Assembly (NCBI GenBank): GCA_034660555.1
Contig: JAYEJL010000059.1
Location: forward strand, 1 to 56,551
Reading direction: 5' to 3'
DNA length: 56,551 nt
Source of the DNA: Thermotogota bacterium
Lineage (GTDB): Bacteria > Thermotogota > Thermotogae > Petrotogales > Kosmotogaceae
Positions 28,035-38,290 of this stretch are shown here, piece after piece. Under the pieces are notes generated by a model that saw only the letters and a program-made list of their open reading frames with translations, was not told the origin of the DNA and made no database searches. The position numbers were made by a program, and so were the translations under genes. Position 1 is the stretch's first letter. Each line of letters begins with the position of its first letter.

Positions 28035-29396
28035 GTGCTGAAGTTCGATTTTTCCAACTGTTTTAAAGAAAATTTGGGTACAGGTTTCACAGTTAGTGAA
28101 TTATTGACTGATGCTAGTACAGTAACTCATAGTTTAAATTATATAGAAGAATCAGTTCCTGGATTTCTACGTATTCTTAAAACAGACGAATCACTTAATG
28201 AAGTAAAAAGTCTAGAAAAATGGGTTCAGAAATTTGATTCCATTGTCGTGATTGGTATAGGAGGTTCTGCTCTGGGCAATCGGGCTTTGCATAGCGCTTT
28301 GAAAGGTTTCTCCTGGAATGATCTATCAAATAATCAGAGGGAAGGAAAAGCGCGAGTTTTAGTGCTTGATAATGTGGATCCTGAATCTTTTAAAGTTATA
28401 ATTGATAAAATTAATTTTAAAAATACATTGTTCAATGTGATTTCTAAATCAGGAACAACGGTAGAAACAATGGCTAACTATCTGGTAATAAGACAGTTGC
28501 TTGAGAATCAAGGAATTCCTCCTAAAGAGCATTTTCTTTTTACAACAGATTCAAAAAAAGGTGTCTTAAGAGAAATTGCTGACAAAGAAGGTATAAGAAC
28601 ACTGAATATTCCACACGATGTTGGGGGGAGATTCAGTGTGTTGACCCAGGTAGGTTTACTTTCTGCGATGGCTGAAGGCATAAACATTGAGGATTTGTAT
28701 GAAGGTGCCAAAAAGGCAGTTAGAAAATATATCAATTGTGAAAAACCTGAAGAAAACCCGCTGGTGGTTGCTGCCTTAATATTTCACAAATCAATAAAAC
28801 AAAATAAGAATATTTCTGTTATGATGCCTTATTCAAAAAGGTTGTATGATTTTGCGGATTGGTACAGGCAGTTGTGGGCTGAATCATTGGGTAAGCGTTA
28901 TGATCTGGATGGTCGAGAAGTTAATATTGGTCAAACGCCAGTTAAAGCACTGGGTGCAATTGATCAGCATTCACAAATTCAGCTCTACAATGAGGGTCCA
29001 AATGATAAGATAATTACCTTTATTAAGGTCAATGAATTCAGCAATGAAATAAAGCTACCAGTCTATGAAAATATTCCTGATGAGCTGCAATATTTAAGTG
29101 GTAATGATTTTTCGAACTTGATAATAAGAGAATTGGAAGGAACAGCGGCGGCACTTACAAACAATGGGGTCCAGAATATGACTGTTATTTTTGATAAAAT
29201 AAATGAATCATCAATAGGAGATTTAATTGTATTTTACGAATTGCTTACAGCTGTTATGGGAAAATTGTTGAATATTGATCCCTACAACCAGCCTGGTGTA
29301 GAATTGGGGAAGAAGATCACTAGATTACTAATGGGCAAAGAGGAAGAGGATATCAATGAAAAAATTGTTAAAGCAAAGCGGAGGTATCTTTTATGA
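28035..29396 (+). CDS. pgi: Glucose-6-phosphate isomerase
   Basis: GIGGSALG, SKSGTTVET, VGGRFSVL, QLWAESLGK, DQHSQ, NQPGVELGK; GTG 28035 after SD GGGGTG. Confidence 0.97.
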   Translation: MLKFDFSNCFKENLGTGFTVSELLTDASTVTHSLNYIEESVPGFLRILKTDESLNEVKSLEKWVQKFDSIVVIGIGGSALGNRALHSALKGFSWNDLSNNQREGKARVLVLDNVDPESFKVIIDKINFKNTLFNVISKSGTTVETMANYLVIRQLLENQGIPPKEHFLFTTDSKKGVLREIADKEGIRTLNIPHDVGGRFSVLTQVGLLSAMAEGINIEDLYEGAKKAVRKYINCEKPEENPLVVAALIFHKSIKQNKNISVMMPYSKRLYDFADWYRQLWAESLGKRYDLDGREVNIGQTPVKALGAIDQHSQIQLYNEGPNDKIITFIKVNEFSNEIKLPVYENIPDELQYLSGNDFSNLIIRELEGTAAALTNNGVQNMTVIFDKINESSIGDLIVFYELLTAVMGKLLNIDPYNQPGVELGKKITRLLMGKEEEDINEKIVKAKRRYLL

Positions 29397-29650
29397 TAAG
29401 TAATGTAATAGATATGGTAAAAAGATATCCGGGTTCAGAACTCTACGTACTGGAAGGCGAAGAGATTCCCTTTTTTGCTATTATTACTGAGGATACAAAA
29501 GACGTTATTAACGAGCTAAATGATATCGAAGAACTGGAAGCAGACGTTGCGGTCCTTTCTCCAGACGAAGTTAAAGAAGTAACTGCTGGTTCAAACGAGT
29601 TTGCCAATGAAATTAGAAAGGTTCTACAAGAAGGAACAAAACTGGTATGA
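29393..29650 (+). CDS. Small acidic hypothetical protein
   Basis: SD GGAGG; 4-nt overlaps with both pgi and coaE. Confidence 0.75.
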   Translation: MISNVIDMVKRYPGSELYVLEGEEIPFFAIITEDTKDVINELNDIEELEADVAVLSPDEVKEVTAGSNEFANEIRKVLQEGTKLV

Positions 29651-30228
29651 ATGTAATAGGTCTAACTGGAAAGGTCGGTTCTGGAAAGACCATGATATCA
29701 AGAGCACTTTCAAATAAAGGATTTATATTACATGAGCTTGACAAAATTGGTCATAAAATCTTGCGTGATATACCTGCAAAATTATTGATGGATAATTTTG
29801 GTAAAGATGTTGTTAATAAAAGTGGAAAAGTTGACAGAAAAAAGCTAGGAGATATTGTATTTTCAAGTCAAGAGAAGCTTAAGCAATTGAACACTCTGGT
29901 TCATCCAAAAATATTTGAAGAAGTAAAAAAGCGGATCACTTTTTATAATGAAAGTGATCATTTAATTGATGGTGCATTACTTTTTGATGTTGGATTGTCG
30001 GAGCTGTGCAATTGTATTATCTGGATAGATTGCCCTGAAGAACTTGCAGTGGAAAGAATGATTGAAAAAGGAATATCAAAAGAGAAAACGAAAAATATAT
30101 TGAGAGTTCAGAAACATCTGGATAATTTCAAGAATCAGTGCGATAAAATATTTGTTAATAATTCGTCTCCAGATGTGTTAATAAACTCGATTATTTCTTT
30201 TTTGAAGAAAAGAGGTATAATGCTATAA
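29647..30228 (+). CDS. coaE: Dephospho-CoA kinase
   Basis: IGLTGKVGSGKT, DRKKLGDIVF, LNTLVHP. Confidence 0.93.
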   Translation: MNVIGLTGKVGSGKTMISRALSNKGFILHELDKIGHKILRDIPAKLLMDNFGKDVVNKSGKVDRKKLGDIVFSSQEKLKQLNTLVHPKIFEEVKKRITFYNESDHLIDGALLFDVGLSELCNCIIWIDCPEELAVERMIEKGISKEKTKNILRVQKHLDNFKNQCDKIFVNNSSPDVLINSIISFLKKRGIML

Positions 30229-30275
30229 TTAACTTGTGGGAAATTGCTTCAATTTTCTATAAGGGAGGTATGGTA

Positions 30276-31547
30276 ATGAAGAAACTTTTTGTTTTACTTG
30301 TATTGGTTTTTGTTTTATCTTCTTTCAGCTTTGCTGAAAAGATAAACATTGAATTCTGGCATGCCATGGGTGGTGGACATGGTGAAGCCCTGAATGAGAT
30401 TGTGGAGTTCTTTAATGAAAGTAACCCTGATATTACAGTAGAGCCCATTTACGTTGGTAACTACGGTGCATTACAGCAAAAGCTCCTTGCAAGTGCTGAA
30501 GCAGGTACACTGCCCGCGCTTTCTCAAGCCTATGGGAACTGGACAGCAAAACTAATACCAAGAGGTGTAGTGCAGGAACTTGATTCATTTATAAACGATT
30601 CCGAAATTGGCTTCACCGAGGAAGAATGGGATGCTATATGGAAACCATTCAAGGAAATGATCACTTGGGGTAATACAACTTACGCAGTTCCATTCAATAA
30701 AAGTACCTATGTGCTTTACTACAATACAGATGCATTTAACGAATATGGATTATCCGCCCCTGAAGACATGGAAGAATTGTTCTTTGATGCTATGATGCTT
30801 ACAGAAGATTTTGATGGAGATGGAGAAATCGATCAATATGGAATGGGTTTCAGAACAACAATAGACCAGTTCGTAGTGCTCCTAAGAGCCAATAAAGGAA
30901 AGATTCTAGAAATCAATCCCGATGGAAGTTTCAATATTACAATCAATTCACCTGAAGCTGAAGAAGCACTTCAATTTATGTATGATATGATTCACGAATA
31001 TAAAATTGCATACACCCAGGGTGGATATCTTGATGGAATATTTGGTGATGAAAAAATCGCTATGTTTATTGAAACGATTGCTAGTAAACCTTATGTTGAA
31101 AGAGCATGTGTTGGTAAACATGGATGGGCCTGGGCCCCTGTCCCAAAATGGGAAGTACAGGCACCTCCATTTGCAGGAACAGATTTGATTATGTTCTCAA
31201 ACATTTCTGAAGAGCAAAAGCAAGCTGCCTGGAAATTCATGAAATTCCTACTTAGCCCTGAAATTCAAGCTTTCTGGTCTGTACAGACTGGATACATGCC
31301 AGCTGTTAAAACAGCCCTTGAAGCGCCACAGTGGAAAGAATACATCAAACAGAACCCCAACGCAGAAGTTCCAATAAGCCAGATAGAATATGGTTCAGTG
31401 GATCCCAATGTTGGAGTATGGAACGAAGTAAGATATATTATCGGTCAAATGGTTGGAGACGTACTGAATCAGAAGAGAACTGTAAAAGAAGGTCTTGCCT
31501 GGGCTGAGCAGGAAATTAAAAGAGAAATAGAAGCGCAGTCACAATGA
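30276..31547 (+). CDS. ABC transporter substrate-binding protein, UgpB-like (family 1)
   Basis: Signal peptide MKKLFVLL..SFA, EFWHAMGG, GNY, PFNKSTYVLYYN, TGYMP; ATG 30276 after SD GGGAGG. Confidence 0.88.
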   Translation: MKKLFVLLVLVFVLSSFSFAEKINIEFWHAMGGGHGEALNEIVEFFNESNPDITVEPIYVGNYGALQQKLLASAEAGTLPALSQAYGNWTAKLIPRGVVQELDSFINDSEIGFTEEEWDAIWKPFKEMITWGNTTYAVPFNKSTYVLYYNTDAFNEYGLSAPEDMEELFFDAMMLTEDFDGDGEIDQYGMGFRTTIDQFVVLLRANKGKILEINPDGSFNITINSPEAEEALQFMYDMIHEYKIAYTQGGYLDGIFGDEKIAMFIETIASKPYVERACVGKHGWAWAPVPKWEVQAPPFAGTDLIMFSNISEEQKQAAWKFMKFLLSPEIQAFWSVQTGYMPAVKTALEAPQWKEYIKQNPNAEVPISQIEYGSVDPNVGVWNEVRYIIGQMVGDVLNQKRTVKEGLAWAEQEIKREIEAQSQ

Positions 31548-31568
31548 AATTGTTTTTTTGAAAAGATT

Positions 31569-31597
31569 AACCGGGAGTCTTTTGGCTCCCGGTTTTT
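31569..31597 (+). terminator. Intrinsic terminator
   Basis: AACCGGGAGTC-TTTT-GGCTCCCGGTT plus T-run. Confidence 0.85.
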
Positions 31598-31625
31598 ACT
31601 GGATTTTTTTGGGGGTAATAATAAT

Positions 31626-32810
31626 TTGAAGGGTTATTTACATAGGTTTCATATATTTGCTTTGCTGTTTTCGGTGCTTTTACACATGCTCTTATCATCA
31701 ATAAATACAAAAGCTGCGAGCTGGGATCTCTCCTATACAGTAATAGGATTAATAAACTTTCTGGGCTCTCTGATATATATTTTTGCTACATTAACGCTTG
31801 GACATCTGGGTGATCGTATAGGTCATAAAAAAATGTTGATGTATGATATGTTATATTTTTCAGTTTTTATGATAATGGGGTTTTACTGGTCAGAAGTCTG
31901 GCATCTTTTTGTTTTTTCTATGGGCATGAATCTCTTTTTTGGTATATTTTTCCCATCTCTTGAAGGCCTTCTTTCGAGTAAGGAAGAAGTACAGGGGATA
32001 AATCCCACTGCCATAACCACGAGATTTATTATTTCCTGGAGTACCGGTAATGTTATTGGATTAGCTTTTGGCCCTTATTTGATCCAAAATGTTCCCTACG
32101 TAGTTTTTTCCTTTGGAATATTTCTTTGTATATTTAGTGTGCTGAGTATTTGGAAACATATTGGAAAGTATGGCGAAAAAATACCTGGACCATTCTCAAA
32201 AAAACTATTTGGAAAATCGTTATCTTACGATATAAATAAGGGTAAGCTTTACAGAAAAACATACAGAATATCCTTTGTACTTGAAGGACTTATTTACACA
32301 GCGGTAATCACACTTTTTCCTAAACTCATTTCTCTACATAATTTAGCTCTTGAAAGGACAGGTTTTCTAGTGGTGGGAGCAAATCTAGGTGTTGTTTTGA
32401 CTTTCGTATTACTTTCAATTATCAATATCTGGATTGGTAAACCGAAAATATCCTTCCTATTTCTATCTGTATTTCCATTAACGGGAATTATTCTATTTTT
32501 ACAGCCATCAGCGTTTTTATTCTTGATTATTTCATTGTTTGCAGGCGCGAGTTATGCTGTTCCTTACACCTTTGCAATATTTTATGGTTTGCATACAGCA
32601 AAAAAAGAGCACGGAAAACAAGGAGGATTCCACGAAGCAATGGTAGGTGTCATCTTTGGATTTGGACCATTACTTGGAGGATTATTCCTTGACATGTGGT
32701 CAAATCTAAAAAGCCTGGGAATCCTTGTTTTCATACTTTTCGCAGTTGTACTCATCGTACAAATTAGTTTTCTTGGAAAGCTCACTAAATCTGGAAAACT
32801 TGCAAATTGA
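31626..32810 (+). CDS. MFS transporter
   Basis: Motif A GHLGDRIGHK; ~12 hydrophobic segments; GPLLGG. Confidence 0.88.
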   Translation: MKGYLHRFHIFALLFSVLLHMLLSSINTKAASWDLSYTVIGLINFLGSLIYIFATLTLGHLGDRIGHKKMLMYDMLYFSVFMIMGFYWSEVWHLFVFSMGMNLFFGIFFPSLEGLLSSKEEVQGINPTAITTRFIISWSTGNVIGLAFGPYLIQNVPYVVFSFGIFLCIFSVLSIWKHIGKYGEKIPGPFSKKLFGKSLSYDINKGKLYRKTYRISFVLEGLIYTAVITLFPKLISLHNLALERTGFLVVGANLGVVLTFVLLSIINIWIGKPKISFLFLSVFPLTGIILFLQPSAFLFLIISLFAGASYAVPYTFAIFYGLHTAKKEHGKQGGFHEAMVGVIFGFGPLLGGLFLDMWSNLKSLGILVFILFAVVLIVQISFLGKLTKSGKLAN

Positions 32811-32813
32811 GCA

Positions 32814-34208
32814 CTACAGATCAAAATATAATTGATATTCCGCGGGGGATGTAATATTCATAATATAATTTGCTTCTTCATATTTCTTGTTAAACCAGTT
32901 TTCGATTAATCTATCATCAAAAGCACTGCTCAAAAAGTCTTTATTGCTTTTCAGCCCATTTAATACAGTTGATAAATTTGTTGGGAAATACTGTATTTGT
33001 GCTCTTTCTTGGTCTGTCATTTCATAGATATTACTCTCTAAGGGTCCAAAATTGAGCTTTCTTGGATCAAGGTTTCTCTTAATTCCATCAATTCCAGCAA
33101 GTAACATTGCTGAAATGCCATAATATGGATTACAAGAAGCATCAATTGTTCTAAATTCTACTCTGACCTTTTCAGCTTTTTTTACATAACCTGGTATTCT
33201 TATTGCTGCGCTTCTGTTACCCCTGGCAAAGGCTGCGCAAATTGGTGCTTCGAATCCAGGTACAAGTCTTCTATATGAATTTGTAGTGGGATTTGTGAAA
33301 GCCAGCAAAGAACCACTCAGTGAATGCTGCAAAATCCCTGCCACGTAATTCAATGCCATTTCACTTAAACCACTGTACGAGTCACCGGAGAAAAGATTTT
33401 TGTCTTCGTCATAAAGGAATTGATGTATATGCATACCATTTCCAGCTTCACCATAAAGCGGTTTGGGCATAAATGTTATCCTTATCCCATACTTGTAGGC
33501 GAGATTGTGAAGCAAATACTTAATGATGATAATTGAATCAGCAGCTTTCAGTGCATCCTGGAAGTATAGTTCTATTTCATGTTGTGCTGAACTCACTTCG
33601 TGATGATGATACTTGACTGGAATACCCAGTTCAATTAGATGTTTTACAGCTTCATTTCTAAAACCTGCAAAGTAATCTGCAGGTGGCGATCTATGGTAAC
33701 CGGTTTTCTTTTCAACGATCATATTTTTTGAAAGTTCTTCACTATTCCAGTAACCTTCTTTTGCCTCTATCTCATATGAAACCTTATTGACTCCTACTGA
33801 ATAACTCACTGCGTCAAATATGTGAAATTCAAGTTCTGGAGCAAGTGATGCGCCTTTAGCGCCAATTGATTTTAGTCCTTTCAACGTGTTTATCAGCACA
33901 TTCCTTGGATATTGTTCATATAGTTTGCCATCTGAGGTCCTGTATACATTGCAGAAAAACGAAAGTGTTTTTGATTCGTAGAAAGGATCAATGAAGGCAG
34001 TTTCTTCATCCGGAACAGCAATCATATCACTGTCTTCGACAGTTGCATAGCCATAATTAGAAGCATCAAATCCAATACCTTCTTCAAAAAGCTCATCGTT
34101 CAATCTGTTACCGGGAAGTAAAATATGTCTTACTCTTCCACTTATATCAACGACCTTGAGATCAATGAATTCAACTTCTTTAGATAGTTGCTTAATATGT
34201 TCTTTCAT
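32814..34208 (-). CDS. glnA: Glutamine synthetase type I
   Basis: GFDAS, PELEF, HHHEV, TFMPKP, GNGMHIH, NSYRRLVPGFEAP, NRSAAIRIP, RVEFR. Confidence 0.96.
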   Translation of the reverse strand: MKEHIKQLSKEVEFIDLKVVDISGRVRHILLPGNRLNDELFEEGIGFDASNYGYATVEDSDMIAVPDEETAFIDPFYESKTLSFFCNVYRTSDGKLYEQYPRNVLINTLKGLKSIGAKGASLAPELEFHIFDAVSYSVGVNKVSYEIEAKEGYWNSEELSKNMIVEKKTGYHRSPPADYFAGFRNEAVKHLIELGIPVKYHHHEVSSAQHEIELYFQDALKAADSIIIIKYLLHNLAYKYGIRITFMPKPLYGEAGNGMHIHQFLYDEDKNLFSGDSYSGLSEMALNYVAGILQHSLSGSLLAFTNPTTNSYRRLVPGFEAPICAAFARGNRSAAIRIPGYVKKAEKVRVEFRTIDASCNPYYGISAMLLAGIDGIKRNLDPRKLNFGPLESNIYEMTDQERAQIQYFPTNLSTVLNGLKSNKDFLSSAFDDRLIENWFNKKYEEANYIMNITSPAEYQLYFDL

Positions 34209-34444
34209 AAAACACCTCCGATTATTTTGTTATCCTTACAATTGGATTTTAACGATTAAATGATAACTTTTCAACAACGAATTGCGTTTAGGGCATTTAC
34301 ATCCGAAATAAGGTCCATTAAACTTGTTAAGGAGAAGTGACAGTTTAAAAAAATGCTAAACTCTTTACTTAATGCTAATTTAGCAGTCAATAAGGCTGTG
34401 GTATAATTTTTTTCGAATATGAATATTCTAAAGGAGGTTCAGAT

Positions 34445-37093
34445 ATGGCTAAATACGTATATTATTTTGGAGATGGAAAAGCTGAAGGAAATGCTTCAAT
34501 GAAAGACATTCTTGGAGGTAAAGGAGCTAATCTAGCAGAAATGGTTAGATTAGGGCTTCCTGTTCCTCCTGGTTTTACAATTTCTGCAGAAGTATGTAAA
34601 TACTATAACGAACATGAAAAACAGTATCCGAGTAGTTTAAATGAGGAAGTTGAGAAATCAGTTAGAAGACTCGAGGAATCCACAGGAAAAAAACTTGGTT
34701 CAACTGAAAATCCATTACTGGTTTCAGTTAGGTCAGGAGCAAAGGTTTCTATGCCCGGCATGATGGACACAATACTGAATCTTGGTTTAAATGACGACAG
34801 TGTTGAAGGAATGGCGAAGGCAACGAACAATCCTAGATTCGCTTATGATGCTTACAGAAGATTTATTCAGATGTTTGGGGACATCGCACTTGGAATAGAA
34901 CATGCCAAGTTCGAGAGAGAGCTCAGAAATCTAAAAAAGGAAAAAGGTGTAGAACTGGATACAGAACTTGATGCTTCGGATTTACAGGAATTGATCAACA
35001 GATATAAGAGTGTATACAAGGAAGCAGGCAAAAAGTTCCCTCAGGACCCCTGGGAGCAGTTATGGGATGCAATTGATGCGGTCTTTGGTAGCTGGATGAA
35101 TAAAAGAGCAATTAAATATAGGGAACTTAACGATATCAGCGAAGATGAGGTTTTTGGGACTGCTGTGAATGTAATGACTATGGTATTTGGTAACACCGGA
35201 GAAGAAAGTGGAACGGGCGTAGCATTTACCAGAGATCCCAATACTGGTGAAAGAAGTTATTACGGTGAGTATCTTCCAAATGCTCAGGGAGAAGATGTTG
35301 TTGCTGGTATAAGGACACCAAAATCTCTTGAATATCTTGAAGAAAACATGCCGGATATTTATAAACAACTTGTCGATGTGTTTGAGAAACTTGAGGAAAG
35401 ATACAAAGATATGCAGGATGTTGAATTCACAATAGAGAACAGAAGTTTGTATCTTTTGCAAACAAGAAATGGCAAGAGAACTCCCTATGCAGCAGTTAAA
35501 ATAGCTTCTGATATGGTTGATGACGGTTTAATTTCAAAAGAAGACGCTGTAATGAATGTTTCCACAGATCATGTTGAAACACTCTTGCATCCTTATTTTG
35601 AAGCAGAGACAAGGGAAAAAGCTAATCTACTGGCCAAAGGTATAGCTGCATCACCGGGGGCTGCTTCGGGAATAATTGTTTTTGATCCTGCGGAAGCAGA
35701 AAAAGTGGTAAAAGAAGAGAAGAAAAAGGTAATACTTGTCAGACCTGAGACATCGCCTGAAGATATTGCCGGTATGGCAGCTTCAGAGGGCATCCTTACA
35801 TCTACAGGTGGAAAAACCTCACATGCAGCGGTTGTGGCTAGAGGAATGGGAAAACCATGTATAGTTGGTTGTGACGCTGCTGAGTTAAACGAGAAAGAAG
35901 GCTTTGTTTCGATAAATGGTCAAAAATATGAAAAAGGTACATGGTTCAGTCTTGATGGTACAACAGGAGAAGTCTTTGAAGGCAAACTTGAAGCTGTAAT
36001 GCCTCAAGGGCTTGAAGGTCCTCTCGCGAGAGTCTTGGAATGGGCTGATGAAATTCGTAAACTTGGAGTTAGGGCAAATGCAGATACACGAAAAGATGCA
36101 GAAACAGCGAAAAGATTTGGTGCAGAAGGAATCGGACTATGTCGAACAGAGCACATGTTCTTTGATGAAGAAAGAATACCAGCGGTTAGACAGATGATTC
36201 TTTCAAATTCCGAAGAACAGAGAAGAAAAGCACTGGATAAGCTTCTACCTATGCAGAAAGAGGATTTTGTAGGATTGTTCAAAGCGATGGAAGGTTACCC
36301 GGTGACGATTAGATTTCTTGATCCTCCATTGCATGAATTCTTACCCAAAGAAGAGAACGAAATTAGGAAACTCGCCAGGGATATGGAAGTTACGTACGAG
36401 CAATTAAAAGAAACCATAGAAGAGCTACATGAATTCAACCCGATGATGGGTCATAGAGGATGTAGATTGACTGTTTCTTATCCTGAAATTGCTGAGATGC
36501 AAACCAAAGCTATTATTGGAGCAGCAATTGAAGTGTTGAAAGACGAAGGCAAAACAGTTACACCGGAAATTATGATTCCTCTAGTTGGACATATCAACGA
36601 ACTGAAATATGTAAAAGATGTAGTGGTCAAAACAGCAGATGAGCTGATCAAAAAAGAAGGTGTGGATCTTAAGTACAAAGTGGGAACCATGATTGAGATT
36701 CCGAGAGCCTGTTTGACAGCTGACGAAATAGCGGAAGAAGCAGAATTCTTTAGTTTTGGAACTAATGACTTAACCCAGCTAACATTTGGTTTTAGCCGCG
36801 ATGATTACGGAAAATATATAGGTGAATACATGGCAAAAGATATACTGGAAGTAGACCCCTTCCAGCAGCTAGACCAAACTGGTGTAGGTCAGCTTGTAAA
36901 GATGGGTACTGATAAAGGAAGAAAAACAAGGTCAGATCTTAAGGTTGGTATATGTGGCGAACATGGAGGAGATCCTTCATCAATAGAATTCTGTCATAAA
37001 ACTGGATTGAATTATGTGAGCTGTTCTCCTTACAGGGTTCCAGTAGCAAGATTGGCTGCAGCGCAATCAGCTGTGAAAGAAATGAAGAAATAA
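34445..37093 (+). CDS. ppdK: Pyruvate, phosphate dikinase
   Basis: LGGKGANL, SMPGMMDT, GEDVVAG, TSHAAVVARG (phospho-His), SFGTNDLTQ, GICGEHGG. Confidence 0.98.
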   Translation: MAKYVYYFGDGKAEGNASMKDILGGKGANLAEMVRLGLPVPPGFTISAEVCKYYNEHEKQYPSSLNEEVEKSVRRLEESTGKKLGSTENPLLVSVRSGAKVSMPGMMDTILNLGLNDDSVEGMAKATNNPRFAYDAYRRFIQMFGDIALGIEHAKFERELRNLKKEKGVELDTELDASDLQELINRYKSVYKEAGKKFPQDPWEQLWDAIDAVFGSWMNKRAIKYRELNDISEDEVFGTAVNVMTMVFGNTGEESGTGVAFTRDPNTGERSYYGEYLPNAQGEDVVAGIRTPKSLEYLEENMPDIYKQLVDVFEKLEERYKDMQDVEFTIENRSLYLLQTRNGKRTPYAAVKIASDMVDDGLISKEDAVMNVSTDHVETLLHPYFEAETREKANLLAKGIAASPGAASGIIVFDPAEAEKVVKEEKKKVILVRPETSPEDIAGMAASEGILTSTGGKTSHAAVVARGMGKPCIVGCDAAELNEKEGFVSINGQKYEKGTWFSLDGTTGEVFEGKLEAVMPQGLEGPLARVLEWADEIRKLGVRANADTRKDAETAKRFGAEGIGLCRTEHMFFDEERIPAVRQMILSNSEEQRRKALDKLLPMQKEDFVGLFKAMEGYPVTIRFLDPPLHEFLPKEENEIRKLARDMEVTYEQLKETIEELHEFNPMMGHRGCRLTVSYPEIAEMQTKAIIGAAIEVLKDEGKTVTPEIMIPLVGHINELKYVKDVVVKTADELIKKEGVDLKYKVGTMIEIPRACLTADEIAEEAEFFSFGTNDLTQLTFGFSRDDYGKYIGEYMAKDILEVDPFQQLDQTGVGQLVKMGTDKGRKTRSDLKVGICGEHGGDPSSIEFCHKTGLNYVSCSPYRVPVARLAAAQSAVKEMKK

Positions 37094-37102
37094 ATAGAGA
37101 CT

Positions 37103-37142
37103 AAGCCGCGGCTCTAATGAAGGGTCGCGGCTTTATTTTTTT
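37103..37142 (+). terminator. Intrinsic terminator after ppdK
   Basis: AAGCCGCGGCTCT-loop-AGGGTCGCGGCTT plus T-rich tail. Confidence 0.8.
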
Positions 37143-37154
37143 GGGGGTAAAGAG

Positions 37155-38279
37155 ATGTCTCAAATGTTTTTTGGGTTCCTTAATACTACTGGTTTTGCAA
37201 TGCTAAGCTGGGAAAATCTTGTAATGTTTGTTATTGCTGGGATATTGTTTTATATAGCCATAGTAAAGGATGCAGAACCTCTATTATTGATTCCAATTGC
37301 TTTTGGGATGGTAATCGCTAACATACCGCCTGAGGTCACAGGTCTTTTTGAACCAAATGTGGGACTTATATGGTTTATACAGCAAGGTTTATACCTTGGA
37401 ATATATCCTCCATTAATTTTTCTGCAAATTGGTGCACTGACAGATTTTTCTTTCTTATTGGCAAAGCCAAAGACTCTTTTTTTGGGAGCAGCTGCACAAA
37501 CCGGGATATTTGTTACCTTTATAGTAGCAAGAAACATGGGTTTTGAGTTTCCTGATGCTGCATCTATTGCTATAATTGGAGGTGCAGATGGACCTACTTC
37601 AATTTATTTATCCACGCAGTTCAATTCACCTTATCTGGCTATTATTGCAATTGCAGCTTATTCTTATATTGCTCTTATTCCTGTTTTACAGCCACCTGTT
37701 ATGAAACTATTAACCACCAAAAAAGAAAGACGTATAAGAATGGGATTACAGCAAAGACATGTTTCAAAGCTAGAGAAAATCGTTTTCCCCGTTGCTTCTA
37801 CAATAATTATTGGTCTTATGGTACCCAGAGCACTTCCTCTTATAGGGATGCTAATGCTTGGAAACTTTTTGAAAGAAAATGGAAAGACTAAACGACTTGC
37901 AGAAGCAGCATCGAAATATATCGCTGATCCTGTTATAATTTTATTGTGTTTATCTGTTGGAGCTAGCGCAAATGGCAAAGTATTTTTGAGTGTTGAGAGT
38001 TTGAAAATCATTGGTCTGGGTGCAGGAGCATTTATTATTGCTACAGCTTCAGGAGTGATCTTTGCAAAAATTATGAATTTTTTCTCAAAGAATAAAATAA
38101 ATCCACTAATAGGAGCAGCTGGTGTGTCAGCAGTACCAGACTCAGCGAGAGTTGCTCAACGAGTAGCCAGTGAAGAAGATCCTTCAAATTTTATACTTAT
38201 GCATGCTATGGGCCCTAACGTCGCTGGTGTAATAGGTTCAGCTATAGCTGCAGGAGTATTTCTCTCAATAATAACCTGA
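37155..38279 (+). CDS. oadB: Na+-translocating decarboxylase beta subunit (OadB/GcdB/MmdB family)
   Basis: EPLLLIPIAFG, IIGGADGPT, AAYSY, GAAGVSAVP, HAMGPNVAGVIGS. Confidence 0.93.
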   Translation: MSQMFFGFLNTTGFAMLSWENLVMFVIAGILFYIAIVKDAEPLLLIPIAFGMVIANIPPEVTGLFEPNVGLIWFIQQGLYLGIYPPLIFLQIGALTDFSFLLAKPKTLFLGAAAQTGIFVTFIVARNMGFEFPDAASIAIIGGADGPTSIYLSTQFNSPYLAIIAIAAYSYIALIPVLQPPVMKLLTTKKERRIRMGLQQRHVSKLEKIVFPVASTIIIGLMVPRALPLIGMLMLGNFLKENGKTKRLAEAASKYIADPVIILLCLSVGASANGKVFLSVESLKIIGLGAGAFIIATASGVIFAKIMNFFSKNKINPLIGAAGVSAVPDSARVAQRVASEEDPSNFILMHAMGPNVAGVIGSAIAAGVFLSIIT

Positions 38280-38290
38280 GGAGGATTATA

